NCBI GenBank assembly: GCA_964617145.1
Contig: CAZTVN010000003.1
Location: 1 to 41,506 of the forward strand
Reading direction: 5' to 3'
Length of the DNA: 41,506 nucleotides
Source: an uncultured Candidatus Peribacteria bacterium
GTDB taxonomy: Bacteria; Patescibacteriota; Gracilibacteria; UBA1369; JACRIC01
The translations under genes were made by a program, and so were the position numbers. The notes under the pieces were generated by a model that searched no databases, was not told the DNA's origin, and saw nothing but the letters and a program-made list of their open reading frames with translations. Below, piece after piece: positions 27,840 through 36,753 of this stretch; position 1 is the stretch's first letter; each line of letters begins with the position of its first letter.

Positions 27840-29084
27840 ATGCCAAAAAAGTTACAAAAAAAATCTCAAGCTGTTAAAAAGCAACCGATCAAAAAGGAGC
27901 CTCTTAAGAAAGCGCCGCTTAAGACCATAACTCTCAACAAAGAACATTTCAAGAAAAACCCTAAAAAACTGACTTTTTCGATTCTACTTTTTGTTGTTTT
28001 TATTTTACTTGGCCTTTTTTTCTTTATCGATAGTGGTGCTTTTCGCAAAACTGAAGACTCATTTTTTCCGCTTTTTCCAAATTTTTCCGACGCGCAAGTT
28101 GCGAAAATTGAAATTACCCGAGGAGCTGAACGAGGAGCTGAAACCGTAATTCTCTTAAAAAATGGGCAACAGTGGTCAGTGAGGGCAGAAACGGTTCCCA
28201 TGGGCTCGATTACTGAAAAAAATGAAGCATCAATTGCTGAAAGTGAGAGCGGAGAGAAGCCCTATCCTGCAGATGGTGCATTAGTCAGTAGCGCTCTTTC
28301 TACTTTGAAAGAACTTAAGCCCGATTCTATTGCCTCACGCAATCAGGAAAAATATAGGGCGCTTCAAGTCGATGAAGTATCGGCATTGAAGGTAGTTGCT
28401 TTTGATCCCAATGGCAAAAAGCTTGTGTCCCTTTTTGTTGGGAAAAAAGGGCCTACTTTTACATCACAATATGTTCGAAAATTCCAAGAAAATGTGGTTT
28501 ATCTGGTGAATAAAAACCTCTCCGCTGTTTTTGAAAAAGATGAATGGCGTGATAAGACGATCGTTTCTATGGCAAAAGAAAATCTTGTGAAAATAGTCGT
28601 TAAAAGTCGTGAGGGGAAAATTGCTTTTGAAAAAATTGCTGACCTTGCTGACGCGATTGGCTCGAATGTTGACAAGGGTGCTTCGAGTGCTGATGGAACC
28701 GCTTCGACAGGTGAGAATGGGAGCTCTTCGATCGCTGATTCCGCGTCTCGTGAGGGCACTTCGACTGCTTCTGAGAATGTTTCCTCTTGGAATATTACTA
28801 AACCTGAGATAAAACCGGCTGATCAAACTCAGATTGATAATATTTTAGGAGATTTATCTCATCTTCAAGCACTTTCTTTTGCTTCAAATGATATTTTCGA
28901 TAACGTTGATCTTGAAAATGATCCTTCTTCGACCAAAGTCTGGATGCAAGAGACGAGTGGCAATGCTGTGACCTTATACTTTTATCAGAAAGATGACGGA
29001 GTTTACGCCAAACGAAGTGATTTGGAGCAGGTTTTTACTGTGAGTCAGGCTGTGGTGAATGATCTGAAGAAGCTTAATCTATAA
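27840..29084 (+). CDS. DUF4340-like membrane-anchored protein
   Basis: 414 aa. Lys-rich N-terminus and one TM segment. The position after a GldG-like gene is typical of DUF4340. The assignment is positional and from memory. Confidence 0.45.
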   Translation: MPKKLQKKSQAVKKQPIKKEPLKKAPLKTITLNKEHFKKNPKKLTFSILLFVVFILLGLFFFIDSGAFRKTEDSFFPLFPNFSDAQVAKIEITRGAERGAETVILLKNGQQWSVRAETVPMGSITEKNEASIAESESGEKPYPADGALVSSALSTLKELKPDSIASRNQEKYRALQVDEVSALKVVAFDPNGKKLVSLFVGKKGPTFTSQYVRKFQENVVYLVNKNLSAVFEKDEWRDKTIVSMAKENLVKIVVKSREGKIAFEKIADLADAIGSNVDKGASSADGTASTGENGSSSIADSASREGTSTASENVSSWNITKPEIKPADQTQIDNILGDLSHLQALSFASNDIFDNVDLENDPSSTKVWMQETSGNAVTLYFYQKDDGVYAKRSDLEQVFTVSQAVVNDLKKLNL

Positions 29085-29085
29085 A

Positions 29086-29940
29086 CTATCTCACCTCATC
29101 AAGACGTTGTGGTTGAGAAACATACTTGGTTACATCTCTAAACTCTTGTTCCCATTCCCCATTTATTTGTTCTGGTGTTAAATTGGCATTTACAGCTGTT
29201 CTCCCCAATGCTGCTAAAAATTTGGCTTCTATCCGTAGCATAGCTCCTTTCAAATCACTCAATATCCCTCCTTTGTTCATTTCTTCTTCCCATGTTTTTG
29301 GCAATCTTATTCTTGTTCTTGTATTCTTATTAAGTTTTAGGTCTTCTCTTCTAGAATGAGTAACTTCTAGACCTGTTTCAGCTTCTCTTATATCCACTTC
29401 GTTAGATCTCGTTATTCCTCTTTCTTTTTCCAAAAGTTCAGTTGTAAATCTTCTTTGTCCTCCTTGATCTTCATTTATTAGCATAGTAGCTATTGTTCCA
29501 TTTTCACTAGAAAATACCTCATTCCAAGGTGGAACCGAGGCTTGTACAGATATTCCCTCCGGCGAGTGACGAACAGTACACTCTTCGTCGTCTCTCAACC
29601 ATCTTCTCTTTAAACCGCTCACCGTATGTGGTAAAAATCGGTCTTTTATGGGATTTTCTCCACTTGCTAAAACGTCTCCACACACTTGATCGATGAGGGC
29701 TTGTACCTTTCTCATTGATGCTTGAAAATCTGGAGGTAATTCCTCAAGCATTGGAATTTCCGGAGCTTGAGCGATACCGTTTTCTACGGCACCAACTTGA
29801 GTGACGAGCTCTTGCCCATCTCCAGATAATTCTTGGCTTGGAGTTTCTGGTTTATCCTGACAACCTGCTACTACCGATGCGGCAAGGCTTAAGGAAGCGA
29901 CAAAATTTCCGAAATTTCCAAGCTTGTTCATAGAATTCAT
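29086..29940 (-). CDS. Putative lipoprotein, function unknown
   Basis: 284 aa. Signal peptide with lipobox VVAGC. Confidence 0.55.
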   Translation of the reverse strand: MNSMNKLGNFGNFVASLSLAASVVAGCQDKPETPSQELSGDGQELVTQVGAVENGIAQAPEIPMLEELPPDFQASMRKVQALIDQVCGDVLASGENPIKDRFLPHTVSGLKRRWLRDDEECTVRHSPEGISVQASVPPWNEVFSSENGTIATMLINEDQGGQRRFTTELLEKERGITRSNEVDIREAETGLEVTHSRREDLKLNKNTRTRIRLPKTWEEEMNKGGILSDLKGAMLRIEAKFLAALGRTAVNANLTPEQINGEWEQEFRDVTKYVSQPQRLDEVR

Positions 29941-29976
29941 AAAATGAAATTTTTAAAATATGAGATTATATCATAG

Positions 29977-31884
29977 TTATTTTTTACTTTTTGTCAAGGC
30001 TTTGTAGTATGATGCTCTTTCTCTATAGCTTGATGCCTCTTTTGGATAGACGACGGCGAGCAATTCGTAGAGATTTGTCGCCGCCTCCCTGTTTGGTGTT
30101 TGTACGGTATAGTGAATATTGTTTTTGAGTTGAAATTCGTACTTTTCCAGAAGATCGAGCGTCATGCCTTTTATCTTGTCTATTTCATCTTCAGAGCCGA
30201 TTTTTCTCGCCATATCAATGAAATTCCAATAATACCAAAAGTGATTCATGGGATTTAAGTTTAACGCCTTCTTAAAACTCGAAAAAGCGTCCCTATATTT
30301 TCCCTGACTTCTTTGGATTTCCCCGAGTCTTTCCCAGCCTTCGGAATCGATAGGATTTAAGATTAAATGTTTTTCCAGCGCTATTTTTGCGAGATCGATA
30401 TTTCCTTCAGCCAAAAAAGTCTGAAAACGTTTCATAAAATGTTCTCGAGGGAAGAGCGTTTTTTCATAATATTCGAAATACATTTCTCCTTTTTGAAAAT
30501 CGTTCGCGCTTTCAGATTGATAGGCTTTTTTCTCAAATTGAGTGAGTTGCATCTCAAAAATGCCGTTTACGATCAAAATGCCAGCAATCAATAAGGCGAC
30601 GTAGGATCGTTTTTCCCCTTGAAGATGTTGAAAACTTATCATACTTCGCACAGAGGCGAGCAAAATAAAAAACAGAAGAATATTTACGATGAAATTCAAA
30701 TTGTAATCGATTTGATTATGGAGAATGGCTCCCAAAAGTGAGCTTGAGATAATCAGCGCTTCGTATTCATTAAAATTTTCAAGAAATCGGATTCTCTTTA
30801 TCATCGTTCTGGCCAATATGATGAAAAATCCTAACAAAAATATGGCTGCGATGAGTCCTTCTTCTGAAGCTATTTTCAGCAAGATATTGTGAGCGTGATC
30901 GGATGTTCCGAGAAATGTTGTCTGTACATGCGGATAGGCAAATCGGAAACTATAAGGACCGTAGCCGAAAAACGGCTTTTCAAGAGTGAGAGTGATCGCA
31001 CCTTTCCAAAATTCTATGCGTTCTCGTATGGATGTTATATTTTCTTGATGCTGAAAAGTAATTTTTTCTTCAAAAGTGGTTATATCGTGTGTTTGTCCTC
31101 TTATCAGGTTCGATCCTTGAATTATTAAAAATGTGAGCACGGTAATGAGTGCCACTTGTGTGAAAAATCTTTTTTTCCACCTGTAAGGGCGGATGGTGAA
31201 AAACAAAAAAAGACTTTGCAATATGAAAACCAACCATCCTCCTCTTGAATAGGTGAGATAGAGAGCGCTTATTATGAAGGCGGTAGCTAGTGGTGCGAGG
31301 GTTTTTAATTTTCCCTTCAGAAGAGCTAGTGACAAAGGCCAAACCATAATCAAAAACAGCGCTGCGCCATTTGGCCAAAGTTCCCCTGAGTTTTCTAAGT
31401 TTATAAATGTTGCGAAAAAGCGAGGAGAGGGATGAGTAAAATAAAAATAATATCCGATTCCTACGGCAATAATGGAAATGGACAGTATGCCAGGAAGCAA
31501 CCATGATCTGTAAAAAGAGGTATGAGCCAATGAAAGATAGATCGTAATAGATGAGGCGAATACCAGGATTTCAGAAAATCCGTAATTTTTTGTTTGTGAT
31601 AAAAAAAAGGCTGTTATAAGACTTAAGAGAAATCCTAAAAGGAAAATTTTTTCCTTTTTTGATTCTTCTCGTTTCATCCGAAATGCTACCAGCGCTAGAG
31701 GCAATGTACTAAACGCGAGTAAGAGTACGGGGAATAAGTCCTCGCCTTCATCATATTTTTTTGAGTGAAAAAGGAAAAGAAAGTATGCAAAAAGGGAAAT
31801 TAAAAGAATCGGTGGAATTTGTGTGAAATTTTCTCGGATAGTTAGGGCCTGTGCACACAAAGTTTTTACAGATGGAAGAGACAT
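29977..31884 (-). CDS. O-antigen ligase/polymerase (Wzy_C)-like membrane protein with C-terminal TPR repeats
   Basis: 635 aa, more than 10 TM helices. YSRGGW loop block and C-terminal TPR-like repeats (GWERLGEIQRSQGKYRDAFSSFKKALNLNP). The first 14 codons lie inside the 31843-32117 element. Confidence 0.75.
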   Translation of the reverse strand: MSLPSVKTLCAQALTIRENFTQIPPILLISLFAYFLFLFHSKKYDEGEDLFPVLLLAFSTLPLALVAFRMKREESKKEKIFLLGFLLSLITAFFLSQTKNYGFSEILVFASSITIYLSLAHTSFYRSWLLPGILSISIIAVGIGYYFYFTHPSPRFFATFINLENSGELWPNGAALFLIMVWPLSLALLKGKLKTLAPLATAFIISALYLTYSRGGWLVFILQSLFLFFTIRPYRWKKRFFTQVALITVLTFLIIQGSNLIRGQTHDITTFEEKITFQHQENITSIRERIEFWKGAITLTLEKPFFGYGPYSFRFAYPHVQTTFLGTSDHAHNILLKIASEEGLIAAIFLLGFFIILARTMIKRIRFLENFNEYEALIISSSLLGAILHNQIDYNLNFIVNILLFFILLASVRSMISFQHLQGEKRSYVALLIAGILIVNGIFEMQLTQFEKKAYQSESANDFQKGEMYFEYYEKTLFPREHFMKRFQTFLAEGNIDLAKIALEKHLILNPIDSEGWERLGEIQRSQGKYRDAFSSFKKALNLNPMNHFWYYWNFIDMARKIGSEDEIDKIKGMTLDLLEKYEFQLKNNIHYTVQTPNREAATNLYELLAVVYPKEASSYRERASYYKALTKSKK

Positions 31885-32117
31885 ATTTTGTTCAGTTCAA
31901 GAAACGACGACGAAGGTGTGCCCAAAGGCACATCGAGGAGGAGTAACGCAGAAATGGGCAAAATATGTCTCTTCCCTTCGGGTTGAACAGGAACCTGTCA
32001 GGTCTTCTTTGTTGCTCGTCGCTTGTGGAGCGCAATGGCGAAACAGCGCTCCTCGCGCCGCGAATCCGACAACGTTCCTGTTCAACCATCGCAAAAACTT
32101 TGTGTGCACAGGCCCTA
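31843..32117. repeat. 275-bp element bounded by 25-bp perfect inverted repeats (family-2 box) enclosing a GC-richer multi-hairpin core
   Basis: tagggcctgtgcacacaaagttttt (31843-31867) pairs with aaaaactttgtgtgcacaggcccta (32093-32117). Internal perfect stems: 31874-31890/31959-31975 (17 bp), 31981-31994/32074-32087 (14 bp), 32027-32033/32046-32052 (7 bp). Confidence 0.8.
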
Positions 32118-32320
32118 GTAAAAATTTTCGTTTCATTATCCCGATTATATCGGAATTTTTAGTCAAGGGGAAAATTATGTTCTTCGGATCGTATTTCTCG
32201 CATCTAGCATCAGAAGGGATTCGCTCAAAAGATTTTTCTGCATCTTTTGTCTTTCACTTCGAGAAGTCTCGTCGAAGCTCGACTTCTCTTTGTTCCAGAA
32301 CGCGAATCTCGCATCTTCAT

Positions 32321-32392
32321 TGCCGAGGGGCGGAATTGAACCACCGACACGAGGATTTTCAGTCCCCTGCTCTACCACTGAGCTACCTCGGC
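32321..32392 (-). tRNA. tRNA-Phe (anticodon GAA)
   Basis: The reverse complement reads GCCGAGGTAGCTCAGTGGTAGAGCAGGGGACTGAAAATCCTCGTGTCGGTGGTTCAATTCCGCCCCTCGGCA. It folds as a full cloverleaf with a CUGAAAA anticodon loop. CCA is not encoded. Confidence 0.92.
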
Positions 32393-32430
32393 TTACCTTA
32401 GGCAGAGTTTATCAAAGATAGATGGCAAGT

Positions 32431-33012
32431 TCAATGTTTTCTCCTCTCAAATTCTCTCAATAGTTCCGAAAATCGCACGGATTTTTCATTCAAAAGCACG
32501 AACAGGTGATAGATGAGATCGACGCTTTCTTCGATGAGCCTCTTATGTGACTCGCTCTTTGCTGAGTGAATCACCTCAATACTTTCTTCTTCCACTTTGT
32601 CACATATTTTTTGTAAACCGGCATCAAAAAGTTTACTGGTATATGATTTTTTCGGCCGCTTATTCTTTCGTTCAGCTATCAGCCTATACAATTTTTCCAA
32701 AAGATGAGTCGAAAGTACTGATTTTTTCCTTCGACTGAAACATGTTTGCGTATTTCGATGACATGCCGCTCCTTTTGGCTCAACCAAAATAAGTAAAGTG
32801 TCTTGATCACAATCCAGAAATATTTTTTTTACTTTTAAAATATTGCCACTCGTCTCACCTTTCATCCACAATCTTTTCTTCGATCTCGAATAAAACCATA
32901 CTTTTTTCGATTTTTTTGTTCTTTCAAGCGCTTCTTTATCCATATATCCAAGCATCAATACTTCGAGAGTCTGAATATCTTGAATAATGGCTGGAATAAG
33001 TGTTTTTTTCAT
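32431..33012 (-). CDS. hisIE: Bifunctional phosphoribosyl-AMP cyclohydrolase / phosphoribosyl-ATP pyrophosphatase
   Basis: 193 aa. HisI block (WFYSRSKKRLWMKGETSGN, DCDQDTLL, ACH) followed by a HisE-like helical C-terminus. Confidence 0.85.
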   Translation of the reverse strand: MKKTLIPAIIQDIQTLEVLMLGYMDKEALERTKKSKKVWFYSRSKKRLWMKGETSGNILKVKKIFLDCDQDTLLILVEPKGAACHRNTQTCFSRRKKSVLSTHLLEKLYRLIAERKNKRPKKSYTSKLFDAGLQKICDKVEEESIEVIHSAKSESHKRLIEESVDLIYHLFVLLNEKSVRFSELLREFERRKH

Positions 33013-33015
33013 ATT

Positions 33016-34488
33016 TTACATTCTTATTGAAATACCATTCTTTCTTAAAAATTTCTTTACCTTGGCTATCGTGACCTCTTGAAAATGCAACATGCTCGCC
33101 AAAAGTACGCTGTCTGCTTTCCCCTTTTCAAATGCTTCCAGAAGATGCTGCAATGTTCCAGCTCCTCCTGAGGCGATCACTGGAATGTTTACCGATGTAC
33201 TTACTTTTTCTATTAATTTTAGATCATACCCTTGCTTTATACCATCTCTGTCCATAGAAGTTAAAAGGATCTCTCCTGCTCCTAATTTCTCCACTTTTTT
33301 TGCCCAATCTATCGCGTCAAGCTCGGTCTCCTCACTTCCACCTTTTATAAACACTTTATAATTTTTTCCAACTTTTTTCGCATCGATAGCCACCACTATG
33401 CACTGCGATCCAAAATTTTTGGCTCCTTCCTTAATGAGCTTTGGATTTAATATCGCAGCGGTATTTATCGTTATCTTATCAGCTCCACATTTCAGTATTC
33501 GTCTCATTTCTTCTACGCTTTTTATACCTCCTCCCACCGTAAAAGGAATCGATACTTTCTTTGCTACTTTTTCGACCATACGATAGATGGTGTCACGATT
33601 TTCCTTACTCGCGGTTATGTCGAGAAAAACAAGTTCGTCTGCACCCTTTTTTGAATATTTTTCACCCAACTTGCCAGGATCACCGGCGTCTTTTAAGTTG
33701 AGGAAACGCTTCCCTTTCACTACTCTGCCATCTTTTACGTCGAGACAAGGTATAATTCGTTTTGTTAGGGCGCTATTTTTGAGCGCTTCGCACAGGAGAA
33801 TTTTCCCTTCATAAAGAGCTTTTCCAATAATTGCTCCTTCAATGTTTAATTTTTTTAATATTTGCAAGCTTCTCAAGTTCGATATTCCTCCTGATGCGAT
33901 CACTTTTAATCCGAGATTTTTTAACTGCGAAATCATCTCAAAGTTTGGTGATGTTAATGTCCCATCTCTTGAGATGTCTGTGGCGATAATTTCACTGATT
34001 CCTATTTTTTTCAGATTTTTAGCGAATTTTCTATATTCGAGAGCGGTATTTTTTTGCCAACCATTCGTTACCACATTGCCATTTTCGATATCGATGGCGA
34101 CTATAATCGATTTTGCTCCGTAAAAATTTACTAAGTTTTGTAGAAATTTCTGATCAGACGCCGCGACAGTCCCTATCACGATTCGCTCAATGCCGGAATC
34201 GAGATAGAAACGCGCATCTTTCTCCTGCCGTATTCCTCCACCAACTTGCAGAGGAATTTTCACTTTTTTCCTCATTTTCGCTATCAAATTTTGATTTACA
34301 GGATATCCAGCCTTAGCACCATCAAGATCAATAACATGCAACATCGGAGCTCCTTGCTTTGCAAATTTTTCAGCCACAAAAATCGGATTTTCGTTGTATA
34401 CTTTTTTTTCTTCAAAATCACCTCGTAACAGGCGCACGCATTTGCCGCCCATGATGTCAATTGCAGGAATTATCAACATAAAGTACAA
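33016..34488 (-). CDS. hisAF: HisA-HisF fusion protein (ProFAR isomerase fused to the imidazole glycerol phosphate synthase cyclase subunit)
   Basis: 490 aa. The N-terminal half has [15 protein letters not shown] and [11 protein letters not shown] (HisA). The C-terminal half has [16 protein letters not shown] and [10 protein letters not shown] (HisF). The true start is probably the ATG at 34479 (MLIIPAIDI). Confidence 0.85.
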   Translation of the reverse strand: MYFMLIIPAIDIMGGKCVRLLRGDFEEKKVYNENPIFVAEKFAKQGAPMLHVIDLDGAKAGYPVNQNLIAKMRKKVKIPLQVGGGIRQEKDARFYLDSGIERIVIGTVAASDQKFLQNLVNFYGAKSIIVAIDIENGNVVTNGWQKNTALEYRKFAKNLKKIGISEIIATDISRDGTLTSPNFEMISQLKNLGLKVIASGGISNLRSLQILKKLNIEGAIIGKALYEGKILLCEALKNSALTKRIIPCLDVKDGRVVKGKRFLNLKDAGDPGKLGEKYSKKGADELVFLDITASKENRDTIYRMVEKVAKKVSIPFTVGGGIKSVEEMRRILKCGADKITINTAAILNPKLIKEGAKNFGSQCIVVAIDAKKVGKNYKVFIKGGSEETELDAIDWAKKVEKLGAGEILLTSMDRDGIKQGYDLKLIEKVSTSVNIPVIASGGAGTLQHLLEAFEKGKADSVLLASMLHFQEVTIAKVKKFLRKNGISIRM

Positions 34489-35114
34489 AAATTACGTAAT
34501 ATTTTCATACCTTGCTCGCCTGATTTTTCGGGATGAAATTGTGTGCCGAAAAAATTTTTATACTGAAGCACTACGGGGAATCTGATCTCATAATCTGCTT
34601 CGGCAATAATATTTTGCTGTAGCGCATCGAAATAATATGAATGCACAAAATAAAAATATGCATCGTCTTTGATGCCTTTTGTGAGCTTGGAGGTTTTTTT
34701 TAATGATACTCGATTCCAGCCCATGTGCGGAATTTTTAATCCTTTTTGCTGCGGCAATTTTCTCACTCGACCTTTCATAATTTTGAGACATTCCACATTA
34801 CCTTCATAAGAAAATTCGGCCAAAATCTGCATTCCAAGACAAATACCAAGAAACGGGACATTGAGTTTTTGAATGAAATTTTTGATTTTTTGTAGGTGTT
34901 CCATCGCTTGAGAAGCCGCACCAACACCTGGGAGGATATATCCGTCGTATTTGGGAAGAGTCTGAAAAACGTGCTTACTCCTGCAATTTTCTGACAAAAC
35001 CATATTTTCCCGAGGCTCTTTATCAAACTTTTCGAATGACACTCCAATTTTGGAAAGAGCATTTTCAATACTTTTTATATTTCCCGCACCGTAGTCAATT
35101 ATAGCGATTTTCAT
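34473..35114 (-). CDS. hisH: Imidazole glycerol phosphate synthase glutaminase subunit
   Basis: 213 aa. [10 protein letters not shown], nucleophile block FLGICLGMQ, and FVHSYY. Confidence 0.85.
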   Translation of the reverse strand: MKIAIIDYGAGNIKSIENALSKIGVSFEKFDKEPRENMVLSENCRSKHVFQTLPKYDGYILPGVGAASQAMEHLQKIKNFIQKLNVPFLGICLGMQILAEFSYEGNVECLKIMKGRVRKLPQQKGLKIPHMGWNRVSLKKTSKLTKGIKDDAYFYFVHSYYFDALQQNIIAEADYEIRFPVVLQYKNFFGTQFHPEKSGEQGMKILRNFCTLC

Positions 35115-35150
35115 AGTTTTCTTTTTAAGATTTACGAATTTTAAGAATCT

Positions 35151-36020
35151 CTATATAACAATCTGTTCGATTGGCGTGACTAAAATATCTCTTCCACCGG
35201 CTCTTTTCAGCTTTTCGATAAACTCCCAAAGTATTTTTTCTGGAATTACCGAGTGGATAGCCACCATTTCCGTATTTGCCAAAGGCATAACTGTTGGTGA
35301 ACTCATGCTCGGCATAATGCTTTGTATCTTTTTGAGCGCTTTCCGAGGGGCATTCAACATCACATATTTCGTTGAGTCAGCTCTTATACTCGCTTGAAGC
35401 CGCATGAGAAAATTTTCGATATTTTTTCTTTTTGCCTTCTCCAATTTTGGACTTTGAATCAAAAGAGCCTCTGATTCAAAAATTGTTGCTATTTCTTTTA
35501 AACCATTTGTACGCAGTGTTGTCCCCGTTGATACAAGATCGCAAACGGCATCGGCAATTCCCAGCATCGGAGCGATTTCCACCGATCCTTTGATACCAAT
35601 AACATTTCCTTTGATATTTTCCTTTTTTAAAAAATCATTCAGCGAACGAACATAAGATGTTGCAATTTTCTTGCCACTTAAATCCTTTATTTTTTTTATG
35701 GGACTTTTTTCCGAAACGGCTAGAGAAAGTCGACATTTTCCAAAACCCAGGCGTTCAAGAATCGTAACCTGAACGCCCTTTTCCTTCAGCATATTCTCAC
35801 CCACAATCCCAAGATCACAAACCTGATCTTGCACATATTCAGGGATATCATCGTCACGAAGCCATAAAATTTCAAGATCAAAATTTTTTGATCGCGTAAA
35901 AAGACGATCTTTGTACATTTCAAATTCTATGCCCATGTTTTTTAAAAGTTGCAGGGTTGCTTCGGTCAGTCGACCAGTTTTTTGAATGGCAAGTTTTATA
36001 TTTTTTCCACTTCGTTTCAT
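35151..36020 (-). CDS. hisG: ATP phosphoribosyltransferase (long form)
   Basis: 289 aa. LAIQKTGRL start, DLVSTGTTLR block, and a C-terminal regulatory domain of the right length. Confidence 0.85.
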   Translation of the reverse strand: MKRSGKNIKLAIQKTGRLTEATLQLLKNMGIEFEMYKDRLFTRSKNFDLEILWLRDDDIPEYVQDQVCDLGIVGENMLKEKGVQVTILERLGFGKCRLSLAVSEKSPIKKIKDLSGKKIATSYVRSLNDFLKKENIKGNVIGIKGSVEIAPMLGIADAVCDLVSTGTTLRTNGLKEIATIFESEALLIQSPKLEKAKRKNIENFLMRLQASIRADSTKYVMLNAPRKALKKIQSIMPSMSSPTVMPLANTEMVAIHSVIPEKILWEFIEKLKRAGGRDILVTPIEQIVI

Positions 36021-36113
36021 GGTTTTCTTTGTGTTAAGAGAGGAAGACTTTGTAAGGGATGTGCTGTAAAAATATGCTTACTACTGGTAATTTTCACTAA
36101 GCTCCTAAGATAT

Positions 36114-36143
36114 AAAAAAAATCGCTTTTCCTGGAGCGATTTT
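36114..36143 (-). terminator. Rho-independent terminator after the TrpR-like gene
   Basis: atcgct (36121-36126) pairs with agcgat (36135-36140). The flanking A7 on the + strand gives a U-tract on the minus-strand transcript. Confidence 0.6.
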
Positions 36144-36167
36144 AAGTGGATTTAAGTTTCGATACAT

Positions 36168-36467
36168 TTATTTTCCTCGTCGTTTCATGACGAACTTATA
36201 TCCACCCATTCCGTGATGGAACCAATGGGCGACCCTTGTAACGGTTGCTGTGCTCGCACCAGTTTTTTTGCTGATTTCTCGATACGTTTCATTGTTAGCA
36301 ACGCGTTTTGCTACCTGAAATCTTTCTATCATGGCTTTGAGTTCGGACAGCGTACATAAATCTCTTAAAAAATTACGGCATTCTTTTTCGGTTTTGAGAT
36401 TTAATAGAGCTTTTAAGAGCTCTTTCGCTTCTTTTTGATTTAAAAAATTTTCATTCATTGTTTTCAT
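36168..36467 (-). CDS. TrpR-like DNA-binding protein, YerC/YecD family
   Basis: 99 aa. The block ETYREISKKTGASTATVTRV..GMGGYKF matches my recollection of the YerC/YecD HTH. Confidence 0.75.
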   Translation of the reverse strand: MKTMNENFLNQKEAKELLKALLNLKTEKECRNFLRDLCTLSELKAMIERFQVAKRVANNETYREISKKTGASTATVTRVAHWFHHGMGGYKFVMKRRGK

Positions 36468-36522
36468 GTATTAAAACGCTATCATGTTATCATGTAATAA
36501 TTTCATGTCAAGTTAAAAATTG

Positions 36523-36737
36523 GTAACTGCTCACAATGGTAAAAAGTGGGCGGGGCGTTTCCCTTTCGTCCTGCCTCCGCATTGACCGTCCATCCGCTCA
36601 TTTCTTCTGATAACGCGATTGGCAGACGCGTTATCAGATAGTCACTCGCGGGGACGGTTCCCAATTGCTCGGCAATGTCCTTAAGGGAAACGCCCCGCCC
36701 ACTTTTTTACCCCCGTTGATTCCTTGTGAGCAGTTAC
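36523..36737 (+). mobile_element. MITE-like 215-bp hairpin element with 14-bp TIRs and an 8-bp target-site-duplication-like direct repeat
   Basis: TIRs: gtaactgctcacaa (36523-36536) and ttgtgagcagttac (36724-36737). The direct repeat aaaaattg flanks it on both sides (36515-36522 and 36738-36745). Inner 23-bp perfect stem: 36541-36563 pairs with 36685-36707. The core is shared with 21186-21346. Confidence 0.7.
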
Positions 36738-36753
36738 AAAAATTGCATAAAAA

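Noticed and set aside
28119-28142. Tandem 12-bp duplication cgaggagctgaa x2 (RGAERGAE) in the DUF4340-like gene, and a 15-bp-period repeat tcctttctctgac x2 at 24062-24089 (SPFSDTPFSD) in the SLH gene
   Set aside because: These are in-frame micro-duplications typical of slippage in low-complexity linkers. Nothing points to phase variation or a functional repeat array.
31868-32092. Core of the 31.8-kb element as a known RNA (SRP RNA, cobalamin riboswitch, RNase P, tmRNA, 6S, group II domain V)
   Set aside because: Only short partial matches were seen: GUCAGGUC on the + strand (compare SRP helix 8) and GAAGACCUG on the minus strand (compare the B12 box). The GGAA tetraloop/AGCAGC, GCCACUG, GAGGAAAGUCC and tRNA-like 3' end motifs are all absent. 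The multibranch fold does not fit 6S RNA. It remains unassigned.
32260-32295. Hairpin gagaagtc..gacttctc followed by tttgtt, between the tRNA-Phe gene and the 31.8-kb element, as a + strand terminator
   Set aside because: The stem is short and bulged and the T-tract is weak. No + strand gene is upstream, so the function is unclear.
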